Positions 55,406 to 64,000 of a DNA stretch of 64,000 bases are shown piece after piece; the first letter of the stretch is position 1, and every line of letters begins with the position of its first letter. The translations under genes and the position numbers were made by a program. Source of the DNA: the human T2T-CHM13v2.0 reference genome, Homo sapiens; assembly GCF_009914755.1 (NCBI RefSeq), contig NC_060942.1, one strand, 5' to 3'. Below the pieces are notes generated by a model. The model was not told where the DNA came from. It did no database searches and was given only the letters and a program-made list of their open reading frames with translations.

Positions 55406-55731
55406 TGGTGAGCAGTTTAGTACCCAATATGCATTTATTGAGTGGATGCATTCATTAGCAGTTAAGAATGAGATGAGAAAAAAGACAGTTTTGTTTTGTT
55501 CTAAATTAACTACACTTATATTACTGATCACTGTTATGAAAACAAAAACATACACCTTAAAATAGACTTATAATATGTCATACATATATTTCAAACTAAA
55601 TGAGATTTGACTGGACCAATTAACTCCAAATTTCTCATTCTTTAGAATTTATCCCACCTATTTCCTAGGCATTACTTTTGACACTATCACCCCACCATCA
55701 GAATATATCTTTCTGTACTCTGCCCTCATAA

Positions 55732-56056
<325 letters not shown>

Positions 56057-56252
56057 TATTTTATTTTCTTTATTTTATTTTTAATAGAGATGGAGTCTCA
56101 GTCTGTCAGCCAGGCTGGGGTGCAGTGGTGTGATCATAACTCACAGCAATCTGGAACTCCCAGGCTCAAGTGATCCTCCTGTCCCAGCCCCCCAAGTAGC
56201 TGGGACTACAGGTGCTGCGACTGGCTAATTTTTTTTTTTTTTTTTTTTTTTT
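56057..56252 (-). mobile_element. AluJ right monomer plus linker
   Basis: gtgtgatcataactcacagca...caggctcaagtgatcctcctg (J diagnostics). Confidence 0.88.
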
Positions 56253-58995
56253 GCGATAAGATCTCAGTAGGATTTAACTTACTTTTAAAATATAAGATGT
56301 TTTCTAATGAAAATAATTAAACTTGCCTTTTAAATTATTCTTTTATCTACTTAAACTGAGGAAGATTAGATTTGATACATTCCATAGATTTGGACATCTA
56401 AAACAGATTTATATTCCATTTACAATATACTCACATTTTGTATAAGACTAATGCATCAAGCTGTACATTTCCTCATCTAATACACATGCCATTAAAACAT
56501 GTGCTGTCTTGAAGACAATACCAAATACGTAAGGTGCTCAGTGCAGAGTTTTATCTGTACCAGACATTGAAGAATAATTATTTTCCCAACTTTCCATGAT
56601 TTTTTTATCAACTGCATAATTCTTCTATTGTCTACTTCCATTTATATTATATGCATTACATAATACTATCTAAAGTTATACACATGTATTAGCATCCAAA
56701 AATTATGTCACTTCCTAGAGATAAAATTATTAATAAAGACTTTCAAGATTATTAATGATCTACTGTCAAAACCAAATGTGTTTAAACATTGGAAATATAC
56801 AGAAGATGGTGAAAACCTCAGGGATTATTTTAGTCCACATCCATAAATTTAGACTTATAAAATGAGGTTAAGAAAGATAGGTTGTATATTTAATTTTATG
56901 TGCTTGCTGTATAGAGTCACAGAACCTTAGCAGTGCAAAGACTTCTAGACATATATAACCTATGCTTTTTTCTGGACAGTTGAAGACCATAAATGCATGG
57001 AAGTTAATTTAATTTCCTACGGTCTTACACTAAGAGGCAAAATCTAGAATATAATTCAGTTGTCATTTCTATCTTTATATCTCTTTCCACTATTTTCTCA
57101 TTTTCATTTGGTATAGAGTAATTCTCTGAAAAATAACCCAGGAAATTAAAATAAAACATGTGTGTTTCATAAGCTGAAATGGAAGTCAGAAAGAAAAATA
57201 TTCTGTTGGGCTCTGTTGTTATTTTACATTTGGATCTTTGGGTAGTAGAATGTACACTGCTTTCTCTCTGTCTTTTTAATAGCATGTGTCTGAGAGTGTC
57301 TGACTAGTTGTTTGAGAAAGTATCTATGGTGAGTAGCTATTCATTTTTATGATATTGTTAAATGTTATTTTCTTGCACTTGAAAACTACAATCAAATTTA
57401 GTGTTATTGCAACTACAATTCCACTATAATGTTTAACCAGACATTTTTACTGTATACTCTGAGACTGAACCACAATTTTTATCTTTCATTCTTATGCACA
57501 AGTTTTTTTTTTTCTTTCTTTCTAGAGAATATGAGGATTTGAAAGCTCAGGTAGACCCATGCATGAAACCCATAGCAATATCTCAAGTAGGTGACTTTTC
57601 TAACAATTCCAGTGAAAAGGGATAAAGAGCTTCCTAAAGCAATTAATTTCATTTCCAAAAATAACTCTAATTTTTGTTGAATTTCTCTTTGGATTAAAGC
57701 AAAATACATATTGAGAAAATTTTTACTCAGTTTTCAAAACTTTGAACCTCCAACCAACTGCAATAATTTAATGGCTCTTCCATATTTCAACAATGATACT
57801 GAAAGGAAATTATAGTGAATGCCTTCTGCCAAATCACATCTCTAATATAACAACATTCCTTCTTTTAGTTGTTCATTATGTAATATTTTCAGATTATTCA
57901 CCATTTTCTGGCTTACATCAAGTTTGTTAATGTCTTTCCTTAAGCACAGAAAATGCAACCAAATACTTCTTTTCATTAATCCATTTTTTCTTTTAACTAC
58001 AAAACTAATATTTAGTTAGGATCTACTTTGTGCCTGTCAGTGTCAAAGGAACCATAAATTTCTGCCCTCATGAAACATGTTCTGGTGTGTTGGAATGGGT
58101 GATGATGAATGATAAAACTATCAATATTAAATTTTATAATTCATTAGAAGGTGATTAGTGTTATAGGAAAAAAAAAATCCAAAAAAGATGGAGGAAGAGT
58201 TGTGCTGGAGTGACAAAGGAAATGTTTGCAATTTTGAAAAGGGTGTTTAGGTAATGCTACTTAGAATCATTTAGAAAAACTTAAAGGAGTTGAAAGACTA
58301 AACCATATGGAAACTTAGAAAATGTCTTCATAATTTTCAACAAATAATTTAATTTGTATACATTCCTTTTATACTCTTGTTGTAAAGTTACTGTTTTGTA
58401 AACTGCAGTGCTGGAATTTGCATTTATTTCTATTAACATATTTTGGTAGATTGAGACCATAATTTTAATTTACATATATATATATATATATATAGTTGAT
58501 TTAATTTGTCTATATGATCATTAAAAGCATTCACCATCTGTATAAGCTGTGCTATATCAATTAATTTGATAGAAATCATTTTCATCTTAATGAAGTCAAT
58601 ACTATTGATACTGTAAAGGTAAGGACAAACTGTAACCCTTTGTAGGGCTATGTTTCTAGGAATGAGGCCACATTCTGCCGGATGGCTTTTAAAAATATCT
58701 CCTCCACAGTCATCTGCCTCATTAACAACCATTTCTGTCTTAGATGTTTCTCTTTGCTTTTATAAACTGACATGACTTCTTGTTCTGCTGTGAGTGCACA
58801 CTGGTCTAGTTTTGCAATAAGCTCATCACACCTTTTCACCTTGTCATTGACAGGCACTATTTCTGAAGTGTTAGCAATGTCACCTTCATGATCACTATTA
58901 TTGCAATCATCTTGATTCCAAACCATTTCAGCTGTTTCACCATCAGTCAATGAATGAACAACTGGAGCCTCATTATAAATGTTAAGATCTTAAAT

Positions 58996-59312
58996 TTTGT
59001 TTATTTGTTTGTTTGTTTGTTTGTTTCTTTTTGAGACGGAGTCTCACTCTGTCACCCAGCCTGGAGTGCAGTGGCATGATCTCGGCCCACCGCGACTTCT
59101 GCCTCCCAGGTTCAAGCAGTTCACCTGCCTCAGCACCCCCTAGCAGCGGGGAATACAGGTGTGCACCACCACGCCTGGCTAATTTTTGTATTTTTAGTAG
59201 AAACAGGGTTTCACCGTGTTGGTCAGGCTGGTCTCGAACTGACCTCAGATGATCCACTCACCTCAGCCTCCCAAAGTGCTGGGATTACAGGTGTGAGCCA
59301 CCACACCCAGCC
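58996..59312 (-). mobile_element. AluS (Sx-like) inserted in Tigger4
   Basis: Full dimer with (TTTG)n tail. Confidence 0.94.
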
Positions 59313-59574
59313 AAAATCTTGTTCCTTATCCCTTTCTTCCATCTAACCGATGGACTCTGAAGGTATATTTTTGCATATGTAAGAAGACTAAACATTTTTT
59401 ATACTCACTGGACATATGAAATCCTTCTAGTTACCACCTTGCTCATCATCAGCACTAAACATAGTCGCAGGCCAGAGGTTGTGCCAGGCATGTGCAACTG
59501 CCTGTAATCACTCTGCTCCAAGTGCTGGCAATGACATATACAGTGTCCTTCATGAAAAACTCATTTTTAAAGCC

Positions 59575-59576
<2 letters not shown>

Positions 59577-59610
<34 letters not shown>
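59577..59610. repeat. (CA)n microsatellite
   Basis: About 17 CA units. Confidence 0.98.
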
Positions 59611-59612
<2 letters not shown>

Positions 59613-61719
59613 CTGCTCACTGCTGCTAGCAAGGTGTTCAAAAAAGTGTTTTTACATTTACTCTTCATTGAACAAATAATACCCTGGTCACCTAGCTAAA
59701 TAATGAAGCCACATTTGTGGTGAGCGGAGAATGCATTACATAAACATTATTTTTGATGAGATATTCAGCTGTAGGATGTGCTGAACAGTTGTCAAGAAAT
59801 AACATCTTGCAGTTATCATGCAGTCCAGCTTCTCTGCGGTAAGCATGAGCCCCTGGTATAAAATGTTTGTGAAGTCAATCAGAAAAGATGTCCCTGGTGA
59901 CACATGCCATTTTGTTAGCGTAATAATCAACTGGTAAGAAATTGACTCCTCAAAAACGCCAAGAACACAAGCTTTTGCCTGTCACCGCAAGTTTACACTT
60001 ATGCATGCCTGCTGCATTAGCACATGCCAGCACAGTTGTTCTGTCTTGGCATACTTAATTCCTGTAGGGTCTGTCTCATCAGCTGTCTCTCTGGGGCCAT
60101 AATACCAAAACAGTGATGTTTCATCAGCATTTAGACATTTTCTGGTGTCTGATTTTCATCAGCAATGACTTGACAAACTCATCAATGAATTTCCTCACTG
60201 TGTCATGATCAGTACATGCTTTATCACAACAAATCTTTGAAAGTTTAATGTTATACCTTTTCTTAAATGTTTGCAAGCAGCTTATTGAATATTCACAGTT
60301 CTACTCAATTGTCAGTTCATTGTGATAGACCTTTGCTTGTTTTCTGGTCAGCGTATCATTAAGTGCTGTGTGTTCACAGCAATGCTGACAGGTTGGCTCT
60401 TTCAATACACAATGAAGATGTTCATGTTTATCTTTGTGGGGTGTTTTTCTTTTCTTTATTAAATCATGTTACTCACTTTCAGCATAGAACAGTTTTATCA
60501 GGCCATATCTGGTGGAATTCCAACAACCTACTCTTCTTTAAGACACTTTACATTTATACTGCTGTCCTGTTTCTCCAAAAGCTTGACTTACTGCACTATA
60601 GATAAATATAAATGCTTTAACTTTTTCTTGTCACTGTTATGCATAAGGGTATCTGCAGGACTTTTTGACATTTTAAAAAATACCTTTACACTAATGAACA
60701 GAGAATAAAAAAAAAAGTACAGTGAGTAATGCATGTAGGTCCTGACCTCAGGTGAGACATTTTAGGATATCAGCCATTGACACTTTTGGCCTACACATAT
60801 GCCATTTTATTATTCTTTATGGGTGTGCTTGTGCTGGGGGGAAATGTATGTAGCAAATGAAGGAGGCTGGGAGGGTCTTATTTTCCTTGGGGATGCTGAA
60901 TAAACTGTGTGTTTAACTATAACCTGTTGTATGAGGTCAGGTGTTGAATTTTCCAATTGTTGCATCATGTTGGTGCTCAAAAAGTTTTGAATTTTGGAGT
61001 ATTTCAGATTTCAGATTTTTGATGAGTGATGCTCAACTTTTTTTGGTCAATGAATTTTACTCGCACATTGGTGTCAAGTTCAGATACATAAATTGAGATG
61101 TCCAGCCTCTTCCCCTTTCAATGAAATCCATTCACTTGCTCTTTATACTCTGTGCCACCATTTCTAATTATATGACTAATTAACTTCTTTTTGTTTTGTG
61201 CTCTTGCTAACTTCATTCATTTATTAACAAACTCCTTTTTTATTAATTCATTCACATATTTGACAATATTATATCACATCTACATGTTGTCAGTGTCCTG
61301 GAATACTGTTTGACTTGCCAACATTTAATTCCTATAAAGCAGCTGTTGCTTCAATCATTTTATGCCAATGTTTCTTATATCAATTCAATTAAAAATATTA
61401 GAAGATACAAACAAAACAGAAATTGAGTGCTTCTCCTCTTTGATAACCTGAAGCCTGACATCATTCACCTTCAAAAGTAGAGTTGCTGTAGGCCCTTGAT
61501 CTTTCCTAAGTTTAGTGAATTTGCCCTGCACACAGGTAAAGTTCATCTGCAGATTAACCTGAAGCCCAATATAAAATATGGGGAAGTTTGAAGAGTTGTA
61601 GCTTCTCTTCTTTCCCCACACCAATCAGCCCTGCCTAACAAATTCAGAAAAATACTCAACAAATTGTAGTTATGCAAACGTATTTGCAATGTTTATGTCT
61701 TATCATCTTTGTACTTTCT

Positions 61720-62592
<873 letters not shown>

Positions 62593-64000
62593 AAAAGAAT
62601 CCCCCAATAGAATGCCTTAATCTGGCAAACTTCTTCATCTTTCTGGACTCAGACAAATTTCTCTGTCTCGGGAGCCTTTGTTTTCCTAACTGAACTACGC
62701 TCTCCCTGGTCTATGCTCCTTTCATACTTTTTGCATGTCCCAAGTTATTAATATTTCTCATTACATGATGTAATCATCACTTTACATACAGCTCAGTCTT
62801 CAAGTATATTGCTGTATCTTAGAGATAAGTCATACATTAAGTATTATCGATGCTTTATTTATAATTATTTAATCAATGCTAAACGACTTCACTGATATCA
62901 GTAAAAACAAAACCAAAAATTATCTTTATTTAAATTAGAAGCTATTCCCTAAAAATCTCTCCTCCAATAATTTTATGGTCTCTATATAATCAAGTTATGT
63001 AAGCAATGGAATATAAATAATTTAAAATAAATAGAATACTATTTTTAATTATTTTATTGCTTTATAGCTCAAGTTTTAGCATAGGTTTAAAAGTAGTACT
63101 GAAAATAATCTAGTTTATCTTTGAAACAAAAATCATGTCGTTTTTCTCCAGTCTGAACATGCCTACCTAACTGAGACTATGTCCTAGAACTAGTCACAAA
63201 CTCTCATGACAACAACTGAATTCTCAGTGGTATAAAATATAGACTTGGGGAATGCAATCCCTATTATCCCCTCAAGCTTGACGAATAAGTAACTTGAATG
63301 TATTAGTTTTTAATAATGCGCTTGGTAAAGCGTTTAAGGGAATTAAACTATAAAGATTTAAAAATAAATGGAAGGAGGGCATTCTTAATGAGTCATAGAA
63401 AAGATAGGAAATGTACTATTTTCCTTAATTATAAGGATATTTTCTTATCCATTTCTTTGCTACATTTGCTCAGGAAAAAATATCTCTAGATGACCAACAT
63501 GTGTCACTGAGCAGGAATAAGCTTCACAGTTATATACGTGTTTATAGTCTTCACTGCCCAAAAGCTCTATAGTACTTGACTTTTAAATCGTACTCCAAAG
63601 CAAATGATGTTAAAACACATAATTACAGAAATTTAACAAGTTAATGTTCAAGGATGTAAGTGAGAGTAAACAGATATAATGAGAAAAAATAACTGCCGTA
63701 ACATTAATTAACCAGCTTTGTATATTTTGGAAGTAAATACGTATTATTATTGATCTTATAACAGCAATTCGAACAACATACTCTTGCCCCTCTGTAACCA
63801 ATAATGTCTCAATTATTGCTTCCTAATTTAAAAGAGTCTGTTAATGCATACTAAATAATGTTCAGAAAAGGAAAGTTGCATTGAAAAATCACACAAAATA
63901 GTTCTATAATAATTTATTATTATTAATATTGTTATTATTATTTTAAGAGCAACAAGTCAAGAAGGTGGTAGAATTAAACATTCATACCTAGGAAGGTAAG

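Larger units (their letters stand above)
58645..61038 (-). mobile_element. Tigger4 (Zombi) DNA transposon fossil with a disrupted jerky/CENP-B-like DDE transposase
   Basis: Terminal ...gaggtcaggtgt..aattttcca...gctcaaaaagttt...gatgctcaac; minus ATG at 60671 gives MSKSPADTLMHNSDKKKLKHLYLSIVQ*VKLLEK; NADETSLFW motif near 60100-60134; C-terminal ORF 58648-58950. Confidence 0.88.

Overview
AT-rich, CpG-depleted primate (human-like, catarrhine) genomic DNA, either intergenic or deep intronic. I see no protein-coding gene, structural RNA gene or CpG island. The listed ORFs are explained by Alu, L1, LTR or Tigger remnants, microsatellites or chance. The window is a layered record of transposons: about 17 Alu/FLAM/FRAM copies, L1PA/L1MA/L1MB/L1MC/L1ME fragments, L2, MIR, THE1/MST/MLT LTRs, an ERVL-class RT remnant, MER2, Tigger3a and a ~2.4 kb Tigger4 transposase fossil. 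The most unusual signal is a cluster of short local templated copies at 6.4-14.2 kb. It comprises an 84-bp inverted copy inserted into MER2 and three direct copies (31, ~85 and ~180 bp) beside TA-rich tracts; the source of the longest keeps its CpGs and a perfect ETS site. Other notable items are a tiny twin-primed L1MA with TSD, a putative retroposed mRNA 3' end inside an old L1, and an Alu-in-Alu insertion with a target-site deletion. All repeat subfamily calls and identity values are by eye from remembered consensus sequences and need RepeatMasker/Dfam confirmation. I cannot support a claim of a new biological system here.
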